Below the pieces are notes generated by a model. That model had not been told where the DNA came from, made no database searches, and was given only the letters and a program-made list of their open reading frames with translations. From positions 10,829 through 74,828 of the forward strand of contig CAMODW010000001.1 in NCBI GenBank assembly GCA_946611635.1: a DNA stretch of 64,000 bases. The letters run 5' to 3'. This document shows positions 1 through 9,425 of the stretch, in pieces (the stretch's first letter is position 1; every line of letters begins with the position of its first letter). This DNA comes from an uncultured Bacillota bacterium. GTDB lineage: Bacteria > Bacillota_I > Bacilli_A > RF39 > UBA660. A program made the position numbers and the translations under genes.

Positions 1-212
1 CAATAACTAGAGATTCAGAAGGAGTTTGGATTATTAAAGGTGCTGAGATTGAAAAATTATTTAGAATGACTAAATTTCAAGAAGATGAAAGTGCTTTAAG
101 GTTTGCTAGAAAGCTAAGAGGAATGGGAGTAGAGGAAGAGTTGGAACGTCTTGGTGCTCAACGAGGTGATGATGTTCAAATTCTAGATTATATGTTTACT
201 TTTAAAGAATAG
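1..212 (+). CDS. obg: GTPase Obg, C-terminal (OCT) domain only; the 5' part lies upstream of the window
   Basis: Reading from position 3 gives ITRDSEGVWIIKGAEIEKLFRMTKFQEDESALRFARKLRGMGVEEELERLGAQRGDDVQILDYMFTFKE*, the typical Obg C-terminal domain pattern. TAG stop at 210-212. Confidence 0.8.
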   Translation, partial: ITRDSEGVWIIKGAEIEKLFRMTKFQEDESALRFARKLRGMGVEEELERLGAQRGDDVQILDYMFTFKE

Positions 213-243
213 TAGATATTGAAAGATAATATCTACTTTTTTT
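212..243 (+). terminator. Rho-independent terminator after obg
   Basis: 9-bp stem gtagatatt (212-220) / aatatctac (228-236), 7-nt loop, then a T7 run at 237-243. Confidence 0.7.
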
Positions 244-319
244 ATTTATTATGATATATTAAATGTATAAAGATGATTATTATATATAAAAATATTTCTT
301 TGGTGATGGAGGTATTAGT

Positions 320-1237
320 TTGAAAGTATTATATACAGCATTTAAGGGGAAGACTAATTCTTCAAAAATATTACTTGATCAGATAAAAAGCGATAATAAA
401 ATCTATTTAACAAACAGTTTTGAGGCAAGTGTTAAAGAATTAATAGATAAAATTAAGAGTAATGAATATGATCTTATAATAGCATTTGGGCAAGCTCCAA
501 TAGAGAGGAATACTATTAAAATAGAAACTACGGCTAGAGGAGAAGAATGTTTAATTACAGATTACGACTTTAAGAATATTAAAAACAATTTAGAAAAGAA
601 GTATAATGTTCTTATTTCAAATGATGCCGGTAATTATTTGTGTAATAATATTTATTATAATGGTTTAAAATATATTAAAGATAATAGTTTAAAAACTAAA
701 ATGCTTTTTATTCATATTCCAAAGATTAATAATATGAATAATATAGAAGATTTAGGAGATTTAATACTTTTAGACAAGAAAAGTATTAGAAAAGCTGTAA
801 GAACTTATTTAATAAGAGATAATAAAGTATTGGTAATCCAATATAAACAAAAATATGTAGGTTATTATAATATACCTGGAGGTAAGATAGAAAATAATGA
901 ATCCTCAGAGCAAGCATCGATAAGAGAATTTAAAGAAGAAACGGGTATCGACATAATTAAACAACACTATGTTGGGAAATGTATGCTAGAATTTCCTGAT
1001 AGAATATTTGATTTTGATGTTTATTATGTAGATGAATATGATGGGAAGCTATTAGATTTTTTTGATAATAAGACTTTATGGGTAGATTTAGAAAAAATAC
1101 AAAAGGAGTCTAAAATATTGGCGAGTATTAGAATGATCAAGTATATAAAAGATAATATGAATTTAAAGATGTTTTGTGATGATGAAGATAACATTATTAA
1201 AATAGTTGATTTAAATAAGGATGATAAAAATGAATAG
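320..1237 (+). CDS. Two-domain fusion: peptidase-C15 (pyroglutamyl-peptidase I)-like N-domain plus NUDIX hydrolase C-domain
   Basis: TTG start 7 nt after GGTGATGGAGG. The N-terminal half carries C15-like Glu/Cys/His motifs (IKIETTA, DAGNYLCNNIYY, LFIHIP). The C-terminal half carries a canonical Nudix box, PGGKIENNESSEQASIREFKEETGI. Confidence 0.75.
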   Translation: MKVLYTAFKGKTNSSKILLDQIKSDNKIYLTNSFEASVKELIDKIKSNEYDLIIAFGQAPIERNTIKIETTARGEECLITDYDFKNIKNNLEKKYNVLISNDAGNYLCNNIYYNGLKYIKDNSLKTKMLFIHIPKINNMNNIEDLGDLILLDKKSIRKAVRTYLIRDNKVLVIQYKQKYVGYYNIPGGKIENNESSEQASIREFKEETGIDIIKQHYVGKCMLEFPDRIFDFDVYYVDEYDGKLLDFFDNKTLWVDLEKIQKESKILASIRMIKYIKDNMNLKMFCDDEDNIIKIVDLNKDDKNE

Positions 1238-1805
1238 TAAACTCGTAGATAGTGTTGAAAAATATGTAAAAAAACAAATAGAAGAATATAAGGAATCTTC
1301 TTTAGACCATTATGATTTTTGGGAAGAACATGTTAAATATGTTTATGATGAGAGTATGTTATTGGCTGGGGTTTATGGTGCTGATAAAGAAATCGTTGCT
1401 TTAGGTGCTTTACTTCATGATATAGCTTTAATTAATAGAGTTGGAGAGAAAAAGGATCATCATATAAATGGTGAGATAATAGCTAGGGGTCTTTTAACGA
1501 AGTTTAATTATGATGAAAAGAAAAAAGAAAGAGTACTTAAGTGTATTTATAATCATAGAAGTAGTAATAATGCTCAATCTATTGAAGAGTTATGTGTAGC
1601 TGATGCAGATATTTTAGCTCATTTTGATAATGTTCAGATGCTTTTAAATATTGTTTATAACAAAGAACATCTAAATGGAAGAGAAGCTAAGGAATGGCTG
1701 AAAGAAGCTTTAGAAAAAGATTATAATGATTTAAGTGTTAAAACTAAAGAAAAGTATAGATATAAATATAAAAAAATATGTGATTATTACTTAGAGAATA
1801 GGTGA
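1230..1805 (+). CDS. HD-domain phosphohydrolase
   Basis: LLHDIAL ... NHR ... DADILAHFD metal-binding pattern. Start moved from 1221 to ATG 1230, downstream of aaGGaTGAT. Overlaps the upstream gene by 8 nt. Confidence 0.7.
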   Translation: MNSKLVDSVEKYVKKQIEEYKESSLDHYDFWEEHVKYVYDESMLLAGVYGADKEIVALGALLHDIALINRVGEKKDHHINGEIIARGLLTKFNYDEKKKERVLKCIYNHRSSNNAQSIEELCVADADILAHFDNVQMLLNIVYNKEHLNGREAKEWLKEALEKDYNDLSVKTKEKYRYKYKKICDYYLENR

Positions 1806-1809
1806 TTTA

Positions 1810-2349
1810 ATGAAAGATGTTGTTATAAGAAATCTAAAATTAGCTGATTATGATGATGTATATGATTTGGAGAAACAAGTATATAATATTCATTATATAT
1901 ATCGCTCTGATATATATAATGATGTTAATAGTTTATTTCCTAAAGAATTTTATAATTCTATTATAAAAGATAATGATGCAATAAATATTGGGATAGAATG
2001 TAATAAAGAAATAGTTGCAGTTCTTTTAGCAAGTATTAAAGAGACAAATAATATATCTATTGTTAAAAAGAGAAGATTTTGTTTTATAGATGATATTGTT
2101 GTAGATAAGTCTTATAGAAGAAAAGGATTTGCTAAAAGATTGTTTGAAGAGTTGAAATTAAGACTTAAAAAGTTAAATGTTCAAGATATTGAATTGGTTG
2201 TATGGCCTTTTAATAAAGAAGCAATAGGATTCTATGAATCATTAGGAATGAGTGTTAAGAATCTTCGATATGAATTGAAAACTTGTGAAGATATTAAGAC
2301 GGAAATAATGGAAATTAAAACTTCGCAAAAGGCAAAAGAAAAACAATAG
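1810..2349 (+). CDS. GNAT-family N-acetyltransferase
   Basis: Acetyl-CoA motif A, VVDKSYRRKGFAKRLFEEL. GGTGAT SD at 1801-1806, 3 nt before the ATG. Confidence 0.75.
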   Translation: MKDVVIRNLKLADYDDVYDLEKQVYNIHYIYRSDIYNDVNSLFPKEFYNSIIKDNDAINIGIECNKEIVAVLLASIKETNNISIVKKRRFCFIDDIVVDKSYRRKGFAKRLFEELKLRLKKLNVQDIELVVWPFNKEAIGFYESLGMSVKNLRYELKTCEDIKTEIMEIKTSQKAKEKQ

Positions 2350-2404
2350 AGGTTAATAATACTGTATATATAAAAAGTATGTTATACTAGTTATTGTGAT
2401 GAAG

Positions 2405-4210
2405 ATGAAAAAAATAGCAAGTTTAATAGTTATAATTGTATCTTTTTTTATAATAGAAGTTAACGCTCTTAATAAGAGTGTTGTTGATGTGACTAAAATA
2501 ACTATGAGTGAAGCTATAGATTATTTAGATAAAGGGGTAATTACTTCAGAAGAATTGGTTAAATTATATTTAGATAGAATTAATACTTATAATAGTGATT
2601 ATAATGCTATTATTACAGTAAATCCTAATATTATTGAGGAAGCTAAAGAATCTGATGAATTAAGAAAAAATAATAAAAAAAGAGGATTATTGGAAGGTAT
2701 TCCAATAATAGTAAAAGATAATATAGATGTTAAAGGAATGCCAACAACGGCAGGAGCTAAAGCTTTAATTGATAATTATCCTTTAGAAGATGCTGATGTT
2801 ATTAAAAAGTTGAGAAGTGAAGGGGCGTTAATTATTGCTAAAGCTAATATGAGTGAATTTGCTTTTTCAGCAAAAGATAGTTATAGTTCTTTTGGTTATG
2901 TTAGTAATGCTTATAGACTTGGTTATAGTTCTTATGGGAGTAGCGGTGGCAGTGCTGTTTCGGTGGCACTTTCTTTTGGAAGTGTGGCTTTAGGAACTGA
3001 TACAAATTCTTCTGTTAGGCTTCCAGCAGCTGCGGCGGGTTTAGTAGGAATTAGACCGACGACTGGGAAAATATCTTCGAAAGGGGTTATTAATTACGAT
3101 ATTAATCGAGATACAGTTGGTATTATAAGTAAGAGTATTACTGATAGTAGAATTATATGGGGAATATTATCTGATGAAAAGTCTGATTATGTAATAGATA
3201 ATGATAAAACAATAATAATAGGAATTCCTAAGAATTTATATGAAGGTAATGGTAAAGATGGATATGGTGTACTTAATGCGCCTTTTCTTCCTATTAAAGA
3301 AATGTTTGATAATGAAATAAATAAGATGAGTCAAAAGAACGTAGAAATAGTTTATTTAGATGATATATATACTAATACTTTTTCTAAGTATAATAATCTG
3401 TCAGTTGCTGGTTATACGATGTGTAAGGCTTTTAATGAATATATAAAGGGTACTACAGGATCTATAAGAAGTTTTGGAGATTTAGTTAAAAGTAAAGAGA
3501 AAGTATTTGGTTTATCAGGGTATTATAAGTCATGTAATTATAGTAATAAGAATTATAATAATACAATTAAGTATATGAATTTAGCTAAGGAATATATGAA
3601 TAATATTTATAATAAGTATAACTTAGATTATGTAATTTATCCGACTACTAAGAACGAAATATATAGTAAAGGAAATAATTATATGTTAAAAAATGTTAGT
3701 GGTACTATGTCTTCAACAATAGGATATCCTAGTATAACAATTCCTCTTGGGTATTATGATAATTTACCTTATGGTTTGGAAATTATGGGTAAACCTAATG
3801 AAGAACAATCTTTATATAGTTTTGCAGAAATAATAGAAAAAGATAATTATTTAGTTAATTATCAAGAGAGTTCTGCTGCAAAACTATATGATGTTCCTCA
3901 AGATGTTGAATCTTTAGTTAAATTTTATATGATAAATTCAAACGAGGATAATGCTTGGCTTAAAGATGTTAAGAAATATTTTAATAAATATAATGAAAGT
4001 GAATATGAGAAAAAAATATCTAGTGAATTGTTAGAAAGTTTTATTTCTTTACAAAAAGAAAAAAATGTAATGATAAAAAAAGTAAGTGTTGTGAAATTGA
4101 TTAATGAGTATTTCTCAATACTATTTATGATTTTATTAATTACTTTTATATTTTTATTTTCGATGTTATTAACTTTTAAAATTTTTAAGAATCTAATAAG
4201 GAAATACTAG
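2405..4210 (+). CDS. Amidase-signature (AS) family amidase with N-terminal signal peptide and C-terminal membrane anchor
   Basis: Signal-like N-terminus MKKIASLIVIIVSFFIIEVNA. AS core VKDNIDVKGMPTTAG ... GSSGGSAVSVA ... GTDTNSSVRLPAAAAGLVGIRPTTG. C-terminal hydrophobic stretch YFSILFMILLITFIFLFSMLLTF. Confidence 0.8.
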   Translation: MKKIASLIVIIVSFFIIEVNALNKSVVDVTKITMSEAIDYLDKGVITSEELVKLYLDRINTYNSDYNAIITVNPNIIEEAKESDELRKNNKKRGLLEGIPIIVKDNIDVKGMPTTAGAKALIDNYPLEDADVIKKLRSEGALIIAKANMSEFAFSAKDSYSSFGYVSNAYRLGYSSYGSSGGSAVSVALSFGSVALGTDTNSSVRLPAAAAGLVGIRPTTGKISSKGVINYDINRDTVGIISKSITDSRIIWGILSDEKSDYVIDNDKTIIIGIPKNLYEGNGKDGYGVLNAPFLPIKEMFDNEINKMSQKNVEIVYLDDIYTNTFSKYNNLSVAGYTMCKAFNEYIKGTTGSIRSFGDLVKSKEKVFGLSGYYKSCNYSNKNYNNTIKYMNLAKEYMNNIYNKYNLDYVIYPTTKNEIYSKGNNYMLKNVSGTMSSTIGYPSITIPLGYYDNLPYGLEIMGKPNEEQSLYSFAEIIEKDNYLVNYQESSAAKLYDVPQDVESLVKFYMINSNEDNAWLKDVKKYFNKYNESEYEKKISSELLESFISLQKEKNVMIKKVSVVKLINEYFSILFMILLITFIFLFSMLLTFKIFKNLIRKY

Positions 4211-4260
4211 TAATAGTATCCTTTTTTATGGTAGAATTCCTCTTGGAGGGTAGATTTTTT

Positions 4261-5655
4261 ATGAATTATGATGTGATTATAGTAGGAGCTGGTCCTGCTG
4301 GGTTATTTTGTGCATATGAATTAATAAATAATAATAAAGATTTAAAAGTAGCTATTATAGAAAAAGGATCTTCTGTTAAAAAGAGAGTTTGTCCAATGAA
4401 TAAAATGGGAGTTCCTTGTCAAAATTGTAATCCTTGTGCAATTTTAGCTGGATATGGAGGAGCTGGAACTTTTTCTGATGGTAAACTTAATTTTATTTCT
4501 AAACTTGGTAAAAGTGATTTAACTAAGTATATGCTAGAGAGTGAAGCGGATAAATTAATTGATGAAACTGAACAAATATTTAATAAGTTTAATATGGATG
4601 CTGAGGTTTATCCATCAAATATGGAAGAAGCTATTAATTGGCGTAAAAAGGTTGCTATTGCAGGAGCAAGATTGTTAATTATTAAGCAAAAGCATTTAGG
4701 AAGTGACCATTTGCCTGGATATATAGATGGTATTTGTAAATACTTGCTAGAAGCTGGAGTAACTATGATTGAAAGAGCAGAAGTTACGGATATCAAAACT
4801 ATAACTAAGAATAAACACGAAGTTGTTTATAAAACAGGTAATAAAGAAGAAACATTAATATCTAAGAATGTAGTTGTAGCCCCAGGAAGAACGGGAGCTA
4901 AATGGGTTCAAGAACTTGCTGATAAATATGATATACCTTATTTGACTCAAAGTATTGAAATAGGGGTTCGTGTTGAAGTAAGAAAGGATATTATGGAAGA
5001 AATAACTAATGTTATTTATGATCCGACTATATTTATAAAGACTGATACTTATGGAGATGAAATACGTACTTTTTGTACAAATCCAGGTGGCTTTGTAGCT
5101 AAAGAAAACTATTATGGTTTTATTTGTGTAAACGGTCATTCGTTAAAAGATATAAAAAGCAATAATACTAATTTCGCATTTATATCTAAAGTTAACTTAA
5201 CAGAACCTGTAACTAACACAAGATTATATGGAGAAAGTATTGCTAGAATAGCTAATGTGCTTGGAGATGGGAAACCAATTATTCAAAGTTTAAAGGATTT
5301 AAGGAATGGCCGTAGAAGTGAATGGCATCGCATTAGGAAAGGTTTTATAGAACCAACTTTAAAAGACTGTGTTGCTGGTGATTTAGCGTTAGTAATGCCT
5401 CATAGAATAATAACTAATATACTAGAAGGATTAGAAAAACTAGATAAAATTATACCTGGAGTTAATAATGATGATACTTTATTATATGGACCGGAAATAA
5501 AATTCTTTTCTAACGAAATTGAAACTAATGATGAATTTAGATTAAAAAAAGATAATATTTATTTTGTTGGAGATGGCGCTGGTAAAGCTGGTAACATAGT
5601 TACAGCTGCAGCTACAGGACTTGTTGCGGCTCGTTCAATTTTAAATAATAAATAA
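4261..5655 (+). CDS. FAD-dependent oxidoreductase (COG2509-like, uncharacterised dehydrogenase)
   Basis: Rossmann dinucleotide motif YDVIIVGAGPAGLFCAYEL at the N-terminus and C-terminal FVGDGAGKAGNIVTAAATG. Start set to ATG 4261, after GGAGGG. Confidence 0.75.
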   Translation: MNYDVIIVGAGPAGLFCAYELINNNKDLKVAIIEKGSSVKKRVCPMNKMGVPCQNCNPCAILAGYGGAGTFSDGKLNFISKLGKSDLTKYMLESEADKLIDETEQIFNKFNMDAEVYPSNMEEAINWRKKVAIAGARLLIIKQKHLGSDHLPGYIDGICKYLLEAGVTMIERAEVTDIKTITKNKHEVVYKTGNKEETLISKNVVVAPGRTGAKWVQELADKYDIPYLTQSIEIGVRVEVRKDIMEEITNVIYDPTIFIKTDTYGDEIRTFCTNPGGFVAKENYYGFICVNGHSLKDIKSNNTNFAFISKVNLTEPVTNTRLYGESIARIANVLGDGKPIIQSLKDLRNGRRSEWHRIRKGFIEPTLKDCVAGDLALVMPHRIITNILEGLEKLDKIIPGVNNDDTLLYGPEIKFFSNEIETNDEFRLKKDNIYFVGDGAGKAGNIVTAAATGLVAARSILNNK

Positions 5656-5677
5656 GAAGAAAATTCTTCTTTTTTTA
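5655..5677 (+). terminator. Rho-independent terminator
   Basis: agaag (5655-5659) / cttct (5666-5670), 6-nt loop, T7 run at 5671-5677. Confidence 0.55.
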
Positions 5678-5747
5678 TTGCTTTTATAATTCATTGCAAT
5701 ATTATAATATTTATTTTATAATTATTTATAGTAGGAAGTGTGTACTA

Positions 5748-6515
5748 ATGAGAATAAAAAGAGGTAATAGTATATGTGTTTTTTCTTCTAAAGGTGGGGT
5801 TGGTAAAACTTTTAATACTATTAGTTTAGCTGGAATTTTTGAGCTTCTTAAAAAGAAGGTATTAATAATTGATTTTGATTTATATAGTGGGGATGTTGCT
5901 TCTTATTTAAATAAGTCAATAAAAAAAGATTTATTTGATATTTCTTTAGATTTGGATGTTAGAGTTGTAAAAGATATAAAAGAATATGTTACTAAGTTTG
6001 ATGAGTATATAGATATTTTACCAGCTCCGATAGATCCAAGAATGGCTAATAAGATTAATGCAAATAATATTAGTACAATAATTGATAAGGCAGCTTTATC
6101 ATATGATGTTGTTTTAATTGATACTAATCATGCACTAAATGAGATATCATTATCAGTTTTACAAACTGTAGATTGGATATTGTTGTTAGTTAAAAATGAT
6201 CCTTTAGATATTAAGAATACTAGAAATCTTATAACTTTGTTAGACGAAAATGAATTTAGAAATTATAAAGTTATTTTGAATAATAGTAGAGATCCTTTTA
6301 AACGTTATTTCACTTTATTTGATATAAAAAGAATTATTAGACATAATATTGATTATACTTTATCAGAGGAATTGTATTTAAAAGAGATAGAAAAATATAT
6401 TATGGAAGGTTTAATTGTTACTTTAGATAGTAAGTTTTCTGATTATTTCTTTAAAGATTATAAAACTTATTTAACTATTGCTACTGATATTTTAGGAGGG
6501 GATAGAAATGAGTAA
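5748..6515 (+). CDS. ParA/MinD-superfamily ATPase, CpaE/TadZ-like (ATPase domain only)
   Basis: Deviant Walker A ICVFSSKGGVGKTFNT. Sits immediately upstream of, and overlaps by 8 nt, a CpaF-type ATPase. Start set to ATG 5748; the track's 5694 start reads through AT-rich promoter sequence. Confidence 0.7.
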   Translation: MRIKRGNSICVFSSKGGVGKTFNTISLAGIFELLKKKVLIIDFDLYSGDVASYLNKSIKKDLFDISLDLDVRVVKDIKEYVTKFDEYIDILPAPIDPRMANKINANNISTIIDKAALSYDVVLIDTNHALNEISLSVLQTVDWILLLVKNDPLDIKNTRNLITLLDENEFRNYKVILNNSRDPFKRYFTLFDIKRIIRHNIDYTLSEELYLKEIEKYIMEGLIVTLDSKFSDYFFKDYKTYLTIATDILGGDRNE

Positions 6516-7830
6516 AAATTTATTATCTGCTTTTAATATTGAAGTAAATAAAGAAAAGTATTATAACAAGAAAGATTATGATGTATTTAAAAATAAAGAT
6601 TTGTTAGATAGTTTTAGAATAAAAATATTAGAAAAACTAAGTGATAGGTCACTTTATAATAAGCTCGATAGAGACGATATTATAGAGGAGATAAAAGCTA
6701 CTTTAGCAGGATATGAAATTAGTAATGAAGAAAGAATTTATTTGTATAACTTAATAGACAATGAAGTTAATGGTTATGGTCCCTTAACAGAATTGTTAGC
6801 TGCTAAGGATATAAATGAAATAATGGTTAATGGTTATAATGAAGTTTATGTAGAGAGTAATGGAAAAATAATAAAAGATGATAGTGTATCTTTTATTGAT
6901 GATAAGCATATAATAAGAGTTGTCCAAAGCTTAATAAGTGAAACTGGTAAAGTGATAGATGTTAATAATCCAATTGTTGATGCTATACTTCCTGATGGTA
7001 GTAGAGTTAATGCTATTGTTCCGCCAATATCTTTACATCCAACTATAACGATAAGAAAATTTAAACAAAACTTAGTAGAAATGAATACTTTAGTTGGAAA
7101 TGGTACTTTGACACCGTATATGGCTGAGTTTTTGTCAGCAGCTATGGAAGCTAAGTTTAATATTATTATTAGTGGAGGAACTTCTTGTGGTAAGACTTCA
7201 ATTCTAAATACTTTAAGTAATTATATAAAAGAAGATGATAGAACTATTACTATTGAAGATTCTCGAGAACTTAATTTAAAAAGTAAACATGTTGTATCTT
7301 TGGAAACTAAAGTTGATAATTATGGAAATAATGATGTTACTACCCGTGATTTATTACGTAATGCTCTTAGGATGAGGCCTGATAGAATTATTATTGGGGA
7401 AATAAGAGGTGAAGAGGCATTTGATTTATTACAAGCGATGAATACAGGATGTAATGGATCAATGACGACTATGCACGCTAATTCACCTAAAGATGCTTTA
7501 AATAGACTAGAGACGATGGTGTTAATGAGCGGTATTGATGTTCCTATTAAGAATTTAAGAGAATATATAGATAATGCTATTGATTTGATTGTTCATATGG
7601 AGAGAATGCCGGATGGTAAAAGAAAAATAGTTTCTATTTCAGAAGTTAATGGTATTAAAGATAATGAATTAATAATTAAGAATATATTTGATTTTAAAAT
7701 TGATAAGGTATTAGATGATGGAACAATAGAAGGTAAGTTTACTTTGAATAAATCTATTCCTAATGTTTTAAAAGAGATGAATAAAAAAGGAATTACTTCG
7801 GTAGATTATATGTTTAAAAAGAATAAGTAG
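6508..7830 (+). CDS. CpaF/TadA-family type II/IV secretion ATPase
   Basis: NEIMVNGYNEVYVE, Walker A GGTSCGKTS, TIEDSRELNL, RPDRIIIGEIRGEEAFDLLQAMNTGCNGSMTTMHAN. SD AGGAGGGG precedes the start. Confidence 0.88.
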   Translation: MSKNLLSAFNIEVNKEKYYNKKDYDVFKNKDLLDSFRIKILEKLSDRSLYNKLDRDDIIEEIKATLAGYEISNEERIYLYNLIDNEVNGYGPLTELLAAKDINEIMVNGYNEVYVESNGKIIKDDSVSFIDDKHIIRVVQSLISETGKVIDVNNPIVDAILPDGSRVNAIVPPISLHPTITIRKFKQNLVEMNTLVGNGTLTPYMAEFLSAAMEAKFNIIISGGTSCGKTSILNTLSNYIKEDDRTITIEDSRELNLKSKHVVSLETKVDNYGNNDVTTRDLLRNALRMRPDRIIIGEIRGEEAFDLLQAMNTGCNGSMTTMHANSPKDALNRLETMVLMSGIDVPIKNLREYIDNAIDLIVHMERMPDGKRKIVSISEVNGIKDNELIIKNIFDFKIDKVLDDGTIEGKFTLNKSIPNVLKEMNKKGITSVDYMFKKNK

Positions 7831-7839
7831 GTGAGTTTT

Positions 7840-8799
7840 ATGGAAGAGTATAAAATAATGTTTCAAATTATAGCTTTTGTTTTTATTTTTATACTTGTTT
7901 ACTATTTATATAGATATATAATCTATATTTTTCGTGCTCATAGGTTGAAATCTTATACTATAAAAAATACTAAAAAGAACTATGTTTATAGTAATATTGA
8001 TAAAATTACTAAGAAGTTTGTAAATTTAAATTTTTATCAAAAGAGAAAAAATAGGTATGATAAATATTTAACAAGTAATACTGTTTATAATAGTTCTCAT
8101 ATATTAACTTTAAAACTTTTTACAGGAGTTTTGTTAGTGCTTGTTTATTTGTTTGAATGTATGCTTTATAAACTAAATTTGAATTTATTTATAGCAATAA
8201 TATTATATTTAGTAGGTTATTATATTATTGATATCATATTATATTTTGAATATAGTAATAAGGTATTAAAAATGGATAATAATCTTACTAAAGTAATGAT
8301 TATAATGAATAATGGATATCGAGTTAATAAAAACCATAGAGAGGTTATAGATGCTATTATTGAGGAAGTAAGAGAGCCTTTAAAAAGTGAATTTAAGATA
8401 GTTAGAAATGATTTGTCTAAAGGCTTAGACATTAGTAATTCTCTTTTTAGAATGTATGAGAGAACAGGCATTGAAAAAGTATTATATATGTCAGAATTAC
8501 TAGGTCTTAATGTTAAATATGGAATTTCTATTATTGATATATGTGATGCTTTAGAAAAGATGATTTGTAAGAAAGAAAAGAGAGAGTTTTATTTGCTTAG
8601 ATTGAAGAATACTAATAAACTAGTTATTTCTTTATTAGCAATTATTCCTTTGTTTGTAGTTGGTCTTCTGATTATAATGAATTATGATTATTTCTTAATG
8701 TTAGAGCTAAATAAAATAATAATTATTACTCTTGGTGAATTATTTATATATATAGTTTATATGTTTGTGATTCTTTCAGTTTTTAGGAGGGAATTATGA
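7840..8799 (+). CDS. TadB-like polytopic membrane protein (T2SS-F-type domain)
   Basis: Position directly after CpaF. N- and C-terminal TM helices flank a soluble helical domain (EVIDAIIEEVREPLKSEFKIVRNDLSKGLDISNSLFRMYERTG). The GTG at 7831 lies inside AGGTGA, so the start is set to ATG 7840. Confidence 0.6.
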   Translation: MEEYKIMFQIIAFVFIFILVYYLYRYIIYIFRAHRLKSYTIKNTKKNYVYSNIDKITKKFVNLNFYQKRKNRYDKYLTSNTVYNSSHILTLKLFTGVLLVLVYLFECMLYKLNLNLFIAIILYLVGYYIIDIILYFEYSNKVLKMDNNLTKVMIIMNNGYRVNKNHREVIDAIIEEVREPLKSEFKIVRNDLSKGLDISNSLFRMYERTGIEKVLYMSELLGLNVKYGISIIDICDALEKMICKKEKREFYLLRLKNTNKLVISLLAIIPLFVVGLLIIMNYDYFLMLELNKIIIITLGELFIYIVYMFVILSVFRREL

Positions 8800-9425
8800 A
8801 AAAGTTACAAAGAAAGATAAAATTATTAGGAATAAATTATGATGCTAACATTTTTAATTCTTTAAGATTAGTATTTTCTTTAATATTATTTTTCTATTTA
8901 ATATTTAGTATTAAATATGGGTATATAATTGCACCTTTGATAGCTATTATATTTTATTTGTTAAGTGAGTATGTTGTTATTGATATTCCTTTAAGAAATA
9001 AAATAATAAATATGGAAAAAGAAGGTATTGAGTATGTTTCTTCTTTGCTGTTAAACTTAAAAAATAGTAAATCTATTAGAGTTAGTATAAAAAACAGTTC
9101 TAGAGTTATTAATAGTGATCTTAGTAAAGAATTTTCACAAGTTATTAATGATACTAAAATTGGATTAACTTTAGAAGAAAGTTTAAATAATCTTAGTGAA
9201 AGAATTCCTAGTATATTTTTACAAAATATTATTTTAAATTTAAAAGAAAGTGATAAAAATGGAACGAATGTTATTAATAGTATAGAGAGACAATTAGAAG
9301 CCATGGAGCAACATTATGAAGAAATAGTAGTAGGTAAAAATAAATCTATACCAATAATAATGTGTTTAAATACTATATTATTTTTATCTTTGATGATAGT
9401 TTTCCTTTTTTATATTATTAAATAA
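8796..9425 (+). CDS. TadC-like membrane protein (T2SS-F-type domain)
   Basis: ATGA overlap with the upstream gene. TM helices flank a soluble domain (LSKEFSQVINDTKIGLTLEESLNNLSERIPS), the same architecture as TadC. Confidence 0.55.
   Translation: MKKLQRKIKLLGINYDANIFNSLRLVFSLILFFYLIFSIKYGYIIAPLIAIIFYLLSEYVVIDIPLRNKIINMEKEGIEYVSSLLLNLKNSKSIRVSIKNSSRVINSDLSKEFSQVINDTKIGLTLEESLNNLSERIPSIFLQNIILNLKESDKNGTNVINSIERQLEAMEQHYEEIVVGKNKSIPIIMCLNTILFLSLMIVFLFYIIK

Noticed and set aside
4608-5139. Minus-strand ORFs 4608-4796 and 4855-5139, antisense to the FAD-oxidoreductase gene.
   Set aside because: They lie wholly inside a well-supported + strand gene. Their compositions are low-complexity and I/F/Y/S-rich, typical of antisense frames in AT-rich DNA. 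They have no SD or promoter.
8220-9304. Minus-strand ORFs 8220-8471 and 8954-9304, antisense to the TadB/TadC-like genes.
   Set aside because: Same reasoning: they are shadow ORFs of + strand genes with no translation signals.
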